Positions 7,461-15,685 of a DNA stretch of 39,742 bases are shown here, in pieces. Made by a program: the position numbers and the translations under genes. The DNA lies in NCBI GenBank assembly GCA_013151235.1, contig JAADIO010000055.1, positions 1-39,742 of the forward strand, read 5' to 3'. Position 1 is the first letter of the stretch. Each line of letters opens with the position of its first letter. A model generated the notes under the pieces. It was not told the DNA's origin. It did no database searches and saw nothing but the letters and a program-made list of their open reading frames with translations. This stretch comes from Deltaproteobacteria bacterium (GTDB lineage: Bacteria; CG2-30-53-67).

Positions 7461-8978
7461 TTACTCCAGCAACGCCGGAAGCAGAATCCGGAAGGTACTT
7501 CCTTTCCCGGTCCCTCCATCCACCCAGATCCGCCCGCCATGCGCCTCGATGATCACCTTGGCGATATACAGTCCCAAGCCCGACCCTTCGATCTCCGTTG
7601 TTCCCCGAACTCTCCGGTATTTTTCGAAGATCGTCGGAAGATCGCCTTCCGGAATCCCCCGGCCGTTGTCGATGATGGAAATCTGCAGAATCCGCTCCGC
7701 CGCCTCCAATTCTTGTGAAGACGGACACCCGGAAGGCTGTTCCGGCAACAGGTCGGCCAGGACACGGATCTTGCCGCCGCCGGGGGTGAACTTGATGGCA
7801 TTCCCGATCAGGTTGATCATCACCCGCATGAGGTAGTCCTTGTCCCCGACAATCGGAAACCGGTCGGCGCCGAAGTCCTTCTCGATGATGATCTCCTTAC
7901 TCCGGGAGAACATCCGCTGTGTCCTGATCGAGATCTCCATCACATCATTCATGTCAATGCGCTGCCGGTTGTATTCCACGGTCCCCGAATCGAGTTTGGA
8001 CAGATCGAGCAGTTCATTGACCAGGTTGAGAAGATGGTTGGCGCCGGTTTCAATATTCTGCAACAATTTCGTCAGGTCTTCATCAATCACTCCCCTGGTT
8101 TCGTTCAGGACAATCTTGTCACAGATGGTAATCGTCGTCAGGGGATTCTTCAGGTCATGGATGACCATGGAGACAAAGTCCGCCTTCTTCTGTTCCAATT
8201 CCTTGTCCTTGGCGATATCCCGGAAGACCTCCACCCGGCCGATCACTTCCCCCTCGGCGGAAAAGATGAATCGCGTACTTTTTACAATGGGAACACGACT
8301 CCCGTCCTTGCGGACAAGATTGAACTCTTTCATGATCTTCCGGTCCCGACCGATTGCCCCCTTCGTCTCAAGGATACGACAGTCGGCATCATCGGGACAA
8401 TTGAAGATCTCCGTACATTTCCGGCCGATCGCCTCCCGGAAGCTGTAACCGGTAATCTCTTCGGCGGCGGCATTAAAGAAGACGATCTCCATCTCCTGGT
8501 TCACGGAAAAGAGCCCTTCCCCCATGGTATTGATGATGGTCTCGATCTGTTCTTTCTGATTGGCAAGCATCCGGTTGGTATGGCGCACCTCATCGTGAAG
8601 GTGTTTCATCTGCAGGGCGGATCTGACCCGGGCCAGCAGCTCCATCTCATTGTAGGGCTTGCGGATATAGTCATCGGCGCCGTGGCTCAATCCTTCGATG
8701 GTATCCTCGATGGAACTCTTGGCGCTGACCAGGATAATCGGGATGTTCCGGGTCTCCGGCTTTTTCTTAATCGTTTCACAGACCCGGTATCCATCAATCC
8801 CCGGCATCATGATGTCGAGGAGAATCAGGTCCGGCTGTTCCCGGTAGACCTCCTTTAACGCCGCCTCTCCGCTCCGGGCCGTCCGGACATAGTACCCATC
8901 CATCTTCAGAATATCGGAGAGGAGTTCCAGGTTGTTCCGGTTGTCATCGACAACGAGGATATTGGAAACAATTTCCAT
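7461..8978 (-). CDS. Hybrid sensor kinase REC-PAS-HisKA-HATPase
   Basis: ILVVDD, DLILLDIMMP, KPY; PAS FNAAAEEITGY; H-box HDLKNPL; NLIGNAIKF, DNGRGI, GSGLGL. Start set at MEIVSN because the longer ORF overlaps the upstream gene. Confidence 0.92.
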   Translation of the reverse strand: MEIVSNILVVDDNRNNLELLSDILKMDGYYVRTARSGEAALKEVYREQPDLILLDIMMPGIDGYRVCETIKKKPETRNIPIILVSAKSSIEDTIEGLSHGADDYIRKPYNEMELLARVRSALQMKHLHDEVRHTNRMLANQKEQIETIINTMGEGLFSVNQEMEIVFFNAAAEEITGYSFREAIGRKCTEIFNCPDDADCRILETKGAIGRDRKIMKEFNLVRKDGSRVPIVKSTRFIFSAEGEVIGRVEVFRDIAKDKELEQKKADFVSMVIHDLKNPLTTITICDKIVLNETRGVIDEDLTKLLQNIETGANHLLNLVNELLDLSKLDSGTVEYNRQRIDMNDVMEISIRTQRMFSRSKEIIIEKDFGADRFPIVGDKDYLMRVMINLIGNAIKFTPGGGKIRVLADLLPEQPSGCPSSQELEAAERILQISIIDNGRGIPEGDLPTIFEKYRRVRGTTEIEGSGLGLYIAKVIIEAHGGRIWVDGGTGKGSTFRILLPALLE

Positions 8979-9003
8979 TAACGTTCCGCCTTTTTCTCGG
9001 GTT

Positions 9004-9909
9004 CTACTGCAACGACCGATTCTGCGGAGATCCGGATTCGGCATCCGCAACAGGGAGCGTAAACGAAAAGATACTCCCCTCTCCTTCGGCGCTTTCGACA
9101 CGGATGCCCCCGCCATAGGCCTCGACAAACTTTTTGCTGATATAGAGGCCGAGACCGGCCCCCCGTTGTTCCGAATCCGACTCTCCGTTTAACTGGCGAA
9201 ACTGGTCAAAGATGACCTCCTGGTCCTCTTCCCGGATTCCGATCCCGTTATCCCGGACGCGGATCTCTACAACCCCCCTTGCCGTACTTCCCGGCGGAGC
9301 AGGAAGGGCTTTTGCCTCAACAAAGATCCGGCCGTGATCGGGCGTAAACTTGACGGCATTCCCAATCAGGTTGATGAGGACCTCTTTGATCCGGACCTCT
9401 CCCGCCAAAACCTTCGGAAGGTCCTCGGGAATCCGGTGTTCCAGATGGAGGACACGGTCCACCAACTGGGGCTCTATGCTGACCAATGAAGAGAGGACCA
9501 GTTTTTTCACACTCAACGGTTCAATCCTGAGTTCGGCCTTCCCCAATTCCAGATGAGAAAGATTGAGCAGGTCATCAATGACGTGCATCAGATGCTGTGC
9601 GTTTTCATAGACCTTCATCAGATTCTTCAGCTGATTCTCGTTCAGGTAACCGTAGCTCCCTTTGATCAGCATGTTGGTATAGCCGAGAATCGAATTCATG
9701 GGCGTGCGCAGTTCGTGGGAAATGTTGGCAAGAAATTCCGATTTGAGCCGGTCCGCCTCCCGGATCTTCTCGTTTGCACGGGCAAGAACACGATTCTGCC
9801 GCTCCAGTTCCCGGCTTTTTTCGTTCAGCTCCTCCGTCCGGAGGAGGATCATCTCTTCAAGGCGTCGGTTCAGCTCCCGCAGTTCCTCCGGCCTTCCCTT
9901 CGGCTCCAT
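9004..9909 (-). CDS. Cytoplasmic histidine kinase (coiled coil-HisKA-HATPase), no sensor domain
   Basis: KSEFLANISHELRTPMNSI, NLIGNAVKF, DNGIGI, GAGLGL, GEGSIF. Confidence 0.92.
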   Translation of the reverse strand: MEPKGRPEELRELNRRLEEMILLRTEELNEKSRELERQNRVLARANEKIREADRLKSEFLANISHELRTPMNSILGYTNMLIKGSYGYLNENQLKNLMKVYENAQHLMHVIDDLLNLSHLELGKAELRIEPLSVKKLVLSSLVSIEPQLVDRVLHLEHRIPEDLPKVLAGEVRIKEVLINLIGNAVKFTPDHGRIFVEAKALPAPPGSTARGVVEIRVRDNGIGIREEDQEVIFDQFRQLNGESDSEQRGAGLGLYISKKFVEAYGGGIRVESAEGEGSIFSFTLPVADAESGSPQNRSLQ

Positions 9910-9912
9910 CCT

Positions 9913-11295
9913 TCACACCTCTCCCCCAACGGTAATTTCCGGGATTCTCAGGGTCGGTTGGGCATCGGAGACGGGAACTCCCTGGCCGTCCTTCCCGCAG
10001 GTCCCGATGGCATCGCCTGAATCGCTCCCAACCCGGTCGATCTTCATTAAGACCTCCGGACCGTTGCCGGTAAGCGTAGCTCCCCGCACCGGTTCCCCCA
10101 CCTTTCCGTTCTCAATCCGGTAACCTTCACTGACCTCGAAAACAAAATCTCCATTAATGGTGTTGACCTGTCCGCCTCCCATCCGGACCACAAAGAGACC
10201 TGTGGGTGTGGAACGAAGGATCTCCTCCGGGTCCTCGTCACCGGGCAAAATCATGGTATTGGTCATCCGGGGGATGGGACGCCGGCGGAAGGACTCACGC
10301 CGTCCGTTCCCCGTCGGTACGGTCCCCTCCTTCATGGCCGTGAGACGGTCATAGAGATAACCTTTCAGGACGCCCCGATCGATGAGAACCGTCCGGGCCG
10401 CCGGGGTCCCTTCATCATCAAACCGGAAAGAGCCCCGCTTGTTGGGCAGGGTCGCATCATCCACCACCGTCACGGCCGGAGAAGCGATCGTATCCCCGAT
10501 CCTCCCGCTGTAAACGGAGAGCCGCTGCTGCGCCAGGTCGGCCTCCAGGCCGTGCCCCACCGCTTCATGAATCATGGTCCCCCCCGCCTGCGAAGAGAGA
10601 ACCACCGGCATCCGTCCTCCGGGAGCGGGTGCGGCATTCAGCATCAGGAGGGCCCGCCGAGCCGCCCGTCGGGCGACCTCATCGAAGGATTCCATTTCAA
10701 AGAGTTCAAAACCGACGGCCCCGCCGACCGATTCCAGGCCGGTCTGGATCACTTCTTCTTCCCGGGCCACCACCTGTACCCGTCCGATCAAAGAAACCCG
10801 GTCATCCTCGGCCAGTTCGCCGATGGAGTTGGCGATCAGGATCCGTTTGCGGGAATCTCCGTAAACCGTCGTGGACTGGCGGATTCGCGGATCAACACTG
10901 CGGGCGGCGGCATCGGCCGACTTTACCAATTCTACCTTATGCACTGTTTCCACGCCGGCCGGATTGATCCGGACAGGATGCTGCACGGCGGATTCCCGGG
11001 AGGCCAGAAGGATGGTTTGATCCCGCCCCTCTCCCTTCAGCGCCCGGCTCACCCTCCCGGCAAGTTCCATCAGGGAGGTCAGGGAGAGATCATTGGTATA
11101 GGCATAGAGGGTACGATGATCGTGGAGAAGCCGGAGACCGGCGCCCCGCGTGATCCCGGTAACAACCTTTTCAATTTTGTTGTCTTCCAGAACGATGGAG
11201 GAGTGTTCCCCCCGCTCCAGGTAGAGCTCGGCGAAGTCACCGCCATGACGCAGGGCCTGCTTCAGGATCTTCGGAATCTGTTCTTTCGGGATCAT
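9913..11295 (-). CDS. tldD: TldD family metalloprotease
   Basis: HEAVGHGLEAD, FDDEG, TGNGRRES, PRMTNT, CGKDGQGVPV. Confidence 0.95.
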   Translation of the reverse strand: MIPKEQIPKILKQALRHGGDFAELYLERGEHSSIVLEDNKIEKVVTGITRGAGLRLLHDHRTLYAYTNDLSLTSLMELAGRVSRALKGEGRDQTILLASRESAVQHPVRINPAGVETVHKVELVKSADAAARSVDPRIRQSTTVYGDSRKRILIANSIGELAEDDRVSLIGRVQVVAREEEVIQTGLESVGGAVGFELFEMESFDEVARRAARRALLMLNAAPAPGGRMPVVLSSQAGGTMIHEAVGHGLEADLAQQRLSVYSGRIGDTIASPAVTVVDDATLPNKRGSFRFDDEGTPAARTVLIDRGVLKGYLYDRLTAMKEGTVPTGNGRRESFRRRPIPRMTNTMILPGDEDPEEILRSTPTGLFVVRMGGGQVNTINGDFVFEVSEGYRIENGKVGEPVRGATLTGNGPEVLMKIDRVGSDSGDAIGTCGKDGQGVPVSDAQPTLRIPEITVGGEV

Positions 11296-11316
11296 GGTGT
11301 TTCACTTCTCCGGCGG

Positions 11317-12336
11317 CTATCCGGCGTCTTGGATCAACCGCTCTGCAATCTGGATCGTGTTCAGGGCCGCCCCTTTCCGGAGGTTATCCGAAACAATCCA
11401 GAGGTTCAGTCCCTTCTCGATCGATTCATCTTCCCGGATCCGCCCGACGAAGGTATCATCCTTCCCGGCCGCGTCGATGGCCAGAGGATAGACATTGTCC
11501 GCAGGATGATCAAGGACGCAGACCCCCTCGGCACAGGCCAGAAGTTCACGGGCATGATCGGCCGTAAGTTTTTTCTCCGTCTCGATATTGACCGCCTCGG
11601 AATGACAGCGAAAAACCGGCACCCGCACCGTCGTGGCCGTCACGGCAATGGCGTCATCCTCCAGGATCTTTCGCGTCTCGTTGACCATCTTCAGTTCTTC
11701 CCGGGAATAGCCGTTCTCGAAAAAGATATCAATATGAGGAAGGCAGTTGAAGGCAATCTGGTGGGGATAGACCTCCGTCCTGACCTCCTGAAAACCGAGG
11801 AGCGCCCGGGTCTGATTGAGGAGTTCATCCATCGCTTTTTTGCCCGTACCGGAGACCGCCTGATAAGTGGAGACAACAATCCGCTTGATCTTCGCCGCAT
11901 CATGGATCGGTTTCAGGGCAACCACCATCTGGATCGTTGAACAGTTGGGATTGGCGATAATCCCCTGATGCCGTGTAATCGCATGGGCATTGACCTCGGG
12001 AACCACGAGGGGAACCTCCGGATCCATCCGGTAGGCACTGCTGTTATCGACCACCACGGCTCCGCTCTTCACGGCCGCCGGTGCAAAAATCAGGCTCCGA
12101 TCACCCCCGGCGGAAAAGAGGGCAACATCAATCCCCTCGAAAGAATTCTCCTTCATTTCCATGACGGGGATTTCTTTGCCCCGGAAGGGGATGGTTTTCC
12201 CCGCGGAACGGGACGAGGCGAGAAGCCGGAGTTCCTCCACGGGAAAATTCCGTTCCTCCAGGATGGAGACCATCTCACGCCCCACGGCGCCGGTCGCACC
12301 GGCCACGGCAACGTTATAGAACTCTTTCTGCAGCAT
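11317..12336 (-). CDS. asd: Aspartate-semialdehyde dehydrogenase
   Basis: GATGAVG, DNSSAYRM, ANPNCSTIQ, STYQAVSG, DNLRKGAALN. Confidence 0.98.
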   Translation of the reverse strand: MLQKEFYNVAVAGATGAVGREMVSILEERNFPVEELRLLASSRSAGKTIPFRGKEIPVMEMKENSFEGIDVALFSAGGDRSLIFAPAAVKSGAVVVDNSSAYRMDPEVPLVVPEVNAHAITRHQGIIANPNCSTIQMVVALKPIHDAAKIKRIVVSTYQAVSGTGKKAMDELLNQTRALLGFQEVRTEVYPHQIAFNCLPHIDIFFENGYSREELKMVNETRKILEDDAIAVTATTVRVPVFRCHSEAVNIETEKKLTADHARELLACAEGVCVLDHPADNVYPLAIDAAGKDDTFVGRIREDESIEKGLNLWIVSDNLRKGAALNTIQIAERLIQDAG

Positions 12337-12420
12337 TTTCCCTCCTGTTATGAAAAAGGGGGTCCTTCTCCGCCGGCAGACGGAAAAAGAGTGTATTATT
12401 GCGGATTTTATATTTGATGG

Positions 12421-12450
12421 ATCTTACTGATTCCGGGGGGAAGCTGTCAA
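12421..12450 (-). promoter_or_regulatory. Probable sigma70 promoter of the asd-tldD-kinase run
   Basis: Minus strand TTGACA, 18 bp spacer, TAAGAT, about 85 bp upstream of asd. Confidence 0.6.
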
Positions 12451-12529
12451 GAAGATAAAAAACGGAATGGATTTTTTTTGAGGAAACGCAGTACTCCCGG
12501 TTGTCCGGCTTTCAGGCAAGGAACAAGGT

Positions 12530-13927
12530 TCATGTCCGTCCCCCGCCTCTTCGTTTCTTCCGTTCGTCATCGTCCATTAAATCAGGTAAATCCCCGTCTG
12601 AAAAATCGTACACCCTTTCACTTCCGGGGACCGGCGGATCGGCACAAGGCGCTTCATCTTCCTCGGAGACCTCTTCCAGTTCCAGCTTGAGATCGGTTTC
12701 GGGGTCCGAAAGGTCGACCACCTCTTTTTCGGAAGAGGCCCCGTTCTCCTCGCCGGCGTCATACCCGAGAGAGATCACATCCTCCGGCGATTCAGGCGCA
12801 GGCGCCGCTTCCTGTTTTTGCGTATCGTTCAGAAAAAAGGACTCTTCTTCACCCTCGTCGTCTCCCCCCCCTTCGGGTCGCCCCGGTTCGGGCAGGGCCG
12901 CCGGTCCACTCATCCCGGACGCAGAGGCTCCCTCCGGACCGGGAAGGGCCATAGATCCGGATCGTTTCGGTGCCCCGACCAGATCCTCGTATCGTACACC
13001 CGCCGAGGCTTTCTGCGGCACGGACGGCTCTTCCGGCTCGGGAACCGCCGGTTTCCGATCGTCTTCCGTGATCACCTTTACGGTTTTCCATTTCCGGAGA
13101 AGCACCAGAAAGACGGCCAGTCCCACCACGGCAACCAGGCCCACCCCCCAGAGCAAAAGCATCCGGTGATGATGTTTTGCCCGGGCCTGCACTGCAGCAC
13201 GTTGCGCCGCCTGAGCCTGTTGCTGTAATTTCCGTTCTCTGCGCTGCTCCGCCGACTTCTGCAAAGCATGGATCCGATCCTGAAGCCTCTTTTGCAGGGC
13301 GGAATCGCTGACTTTGCCGGCAAAAGACCGAAGATCGGAGATCGTGCCTGTTTTCAGGAGATGATCCAGTGTAATCAACTCCAGAGCCTTCTTGGCAGCA
13401 TCAACAAACCGGCCTTCCGGATAAATTTTCAGATATTCCTGGAATTTCTCCTGATGATTCGTCCGGACGGCATCCTGAAAAACCAGGACCTCCGCCCGAT
13501 TCTTGGCCTCATCCAGAAAGAGGCTGTTCGGATTGCGACGGATATAATCGAGATAAACCGGCGCTGTATCAATTCTTTTGACCTCTTCAAACTGCAGGGC
13601 CATGATCCGATCTTCCGCGAGAGAAGCAAATTCGCTCTTCGGAAACTGATGAAGAAACGCCTCGTAGTCGGCGATGGTGTCCTTCTTTTTCACCTCCGTG
13701 AAGGCCACCATGTCCGGCGTGACGATCTTCTCCACCTCCGACATCGGAATACCGACAATCCCGCCGAGACTCTCGTATTTGACCATCCCTTCTTCACGCC
13801 AGAAATTATCCACCTTAATCACCCGGCCGTCTTTCAGAAAGATCCGGCTTTCGGCAAATCCCACAGCGGGCGCAAAGAAAAAAGAAAAAATGATAATCAA
13901 CAAAAGAAGGTTTCTGATTCGAAGCAT
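12530..13927 (-). CDS. Hypothetical single-pass membrane protein with helical repeats and acidic tail
   Basis: Signal peptide; three ~31-aa repeats (YEAFLHQFPKSEF, YLDYIRRNPNSLF, FQEYLKIYPEGRF); coiled coil; TM LLLWGVGLVAVVGLAVFLVLL; D/E-rich C-terminus. Confidence 0.8.
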   Translation of the reverse strand: MLRIRNLLLLIIIFSFFFAPAVGFAESRIFLKDGRVIKVDNFWREEGMVKYESLGGIVGIPMSEVEKIVTPDMVAFTEVKKKDTIADYEAFLHQFPKSEFASLAEDRIMALQFEEVKRIDTAPVYLDYIRRNPNSLFLDEAKNRAEVLVFQDAVRTNHQEKFQEYLKIYPEGRFVDAAKKALELITLDHLLKTGTISDLRSFAGKVSDSALQKRLQDRIHALQKSAEQRRERKLQQQAQAAQRAAVQARAKHHHRMLLLWGVGLVAVVGLAVFLVLLRKWKTVKVITEDDRKPAVPEPEEPSVPQKASAGVRYEDLVGAPKRSGSMALPGPEGASASGMSGPAALPEPGRPEGGGDDEGEEESFFLNDTQKQEAAPAPESPEDVISLGYDAGEENGASSEKEVVDLSDPETDLKLELEEVSEEDEAPCADPPVPGSERVYDFSDGDLPDLMDDDERKKRRGGGRT

Positions 13928-13999
13928 AAACGGATCCTTCTTCCTGGATTAAGTCTCATCCGGCCAATAGATTTATTATATAATATTTTCTCTGCGGAT

Positions 14000-14083
14000 G
14001 GCAAACAAATGGAATCAGGAGACACCTTCATATTGAACGACAATTTGTATCAAATCATTCTTCAGTCCCTGGAGGTACCATGA
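14000..14083 (+). pseudogene. Possible C-terminal remnant of a zeta-toxin-like (COG4185) ATPase
   Basis: Frame reads ...ESGDTFILNDNLYQIILQSLEVP-stop, overlapping the next start as ATGA. Identity is inferred from the downstream partner only. Confidence 0.35.
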
Positions 14084-14289
14084 AGCGCAAGCTGCCCCGT
14101 TTGACGATTTTAGCGAGAACAGCTCTCAACAACGCAGTTGCCAAAGTTATTGAAGAACATCGTCGGACGGGAGCCCCGGTTGCTCTTTGGCAAAACGGCA
14201 AGGTCGCTTTGATCCATCCGGACCGGTTGCCGGTTCACAGGCCGAAAGAGAGCAGACAACTTTCCGGTAAGAAATCCCGACAACATTGA
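14080..14289 (+). CDS. Small protein of the type usually encoded after zeta-toxin-like ATPases
   Basis: RBS GGAGG; motif AVAKVIEEHRRTGAPVALWQNGKV recalled from such partner proteins. Confidence 0.6.
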   Translation: MKRKLPRLTILARTALNNAVAKVIEEHRRTGAPVALWQNGKVALIHPDRLPVHRPKESRQLSGKKSRQH

Positions 14290-14337
14290 AGTGGAGCCGG
14301 GGCCAATGCGTATGCTGGTGTCAATTTTTTTTGCTTG

Positions 14338-14600
14338 ACAAAATTATAGCGCATGACCCTCAATCTTTCTTTCGCCGGGGACGCTCAAGATTAAAGACCT
14401 GGTACCAAATCTCTGCCTTCGCTAAAGGGGGGGGCACAAGGTCGTGGTCCATCGTTTTGATCTTTGCCTTTTCCCCGTGACTCCCCGTGTTCCCCGTGGT
14501 TAAATGTTTTTGCTTTTCGCCCTTGATCTTGCCTTTTCCATGTTTTGTTTTCCCCGTGTTTTTTGTGTCCTTCGTGGTAAGTCGCTTTTGCTCTTGACTT
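14338..14600 (+). repeat. Composite repeat mosaic, paralogue of 411-452 joined to 1240-1471, plus a further CYYYGTG unit
   Basis: TTCGCCGGGGACGCTCAAGATTAAAGACCTGGTACCAAAT...; TTCCCCGTGACTCCCCGTGTTCCCCGTGGT (14471-14500) identical to 38536-38565; TTTTGTGTCCTTCGTGGTAA. Confidence 0.88.
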
Positions 14601-14686
14601 TGATCCCGCCTCTGCCGGATCCCGATTATCCCCGTTTCACCTGTCTCCTGCAAATTGGGGTAAGTCCTGTTAAGCCCTTTAAAACA

Positions 14687-14715
14687 TTGACATTTTACCG
14701 TAGAGGACATACAAT
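14687..14715 (+). promoter_or_regulatory. Sigma70 promoter of the REC-DUF4388 / GAF operon
   Basis: TTGACA, 17 bp spacer, TACAAT. Confidence 0.75.
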
Positions 14716-14792
14716 AAAAAAGATGGTATTTTCCAGTTTCCAGGCAATCTCCTCATGCCGGGTTCCGTGACGGTCGATCAACGAGGCCATGT

Positions 14793-15629
14793 ATGATTCA
14801 GAACAAGGCAATTCTCATCGTCGACAGTGAAAACCATACCCTCAGGATCCTGAAGGACCTCCTGATCGGGAACGGGTTTGTCGTCTATTTTGCGCCGAAC
14901 TGTGCCCTGGCCATGCAGATTGCCATCAAGGATCTGCCCGACCTGATCCTCTCGGAAATCGTGCTGGAGGACATGGACGGCCGGGAGTTCATGAAAACGG
15001 TACATAACGCACCGGAGACAAGTGAGATCCCTTTTATTTTCCTGACCTCCCGGACCCTTCTGTCGGACAAGGTATCCGCTCTCGATGCTGGCGCCGAAGA
15101 CTATATTACGAAGCCCTTCAATGAGACGGAACTTTTAGCCCGAGTCCACGTGGTCCTGCGCCGCTACAACAGACGGCCGGTGACGGCGCTGACCGAGGAG
15201 GACGGCATAAAAGGGGATCTGAAGGACATCAATCTCGTCGACTTTGTCCAGCTCTTCGACATGGGAAGAAAAACGGCAACCATTGAAATCTCCGGGGAAG
15301 ACCGGGAGGGACGGATCTATTTTGAAGGGGGGGAACTCATTCACGCCGTTTCCGGAAAGCGTTTCGGGAAAGAGGCACTCTATGATCTTTTTGCCGTTCG
15401 GGAAGGGTCCTTTATCGTTCACCTGAATGTCTCGTCACGGATCCGGACGATCCAGGAGGGCTCGACGAACCTGATGATGGAGATCATGCACCGTCTGGAC
15501 GAACAGGGAATCCATCCCGTCGTTTCAGGACCGGAAAAGCGGACACCCCCGGAACGATCTTCCCTGCACAACGAAGGAATCCGGGAACTCTTTGAAAAAG
15601 GCGTGATTGAAGAATTCACAAAAGGGTAA
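14793..15629 (+). CDS. Atypical response regulator with DUF4388 (PatA-N-like) domain
   Basis: REC fold ILIVDS, DLILSEI, FLTSR, YITKPF; C-terminal GDLKDINLVDFVQL...GRIYFEGGELIHA typical of DUF4388. Confidence 0.85.
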   Translation: MIQNKAILIVDSENHTLRILKDLLIGNGFVVYFAPNCALAMQIAIKDLPDLILSEIVLEDMDGREFMKTVHNAPETSEIPFIFLTSRTLLSDKVSALDAGAEDYITKPFNETELLARVHVVLRRYNRRPVTALTEEDGIKGDLKDINLVDFVQLFDMGRKTATIEISGEDREGRIYFEGGELIHAVSGKRFGKEALYDLFAVREGSFIVHLNVSSRIRTIQEGSTNLMMEIMHRLDEQGIHPVVSGPEKRTPPERSSLHNEGIRELFEKGVIEEFTKG

Positions 15630-15685
15630 AGCTCCCTTTGCCCGTCGGCGGCATCGCCGAAGCTTGCGTCCTCCGAAAGGACTTT

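Noticed and set aside
9907-9915. The tldD TGA stop is in frame with the downstream kinase (TGA AGG ATG), suggesting readthrough or a selenocysteine fusion
   Set aside because: TldD ends at its normal C-terminus (EITVGG), the kinase has its own ATG with GAGG upstream, and no convincing SECIS is visible.
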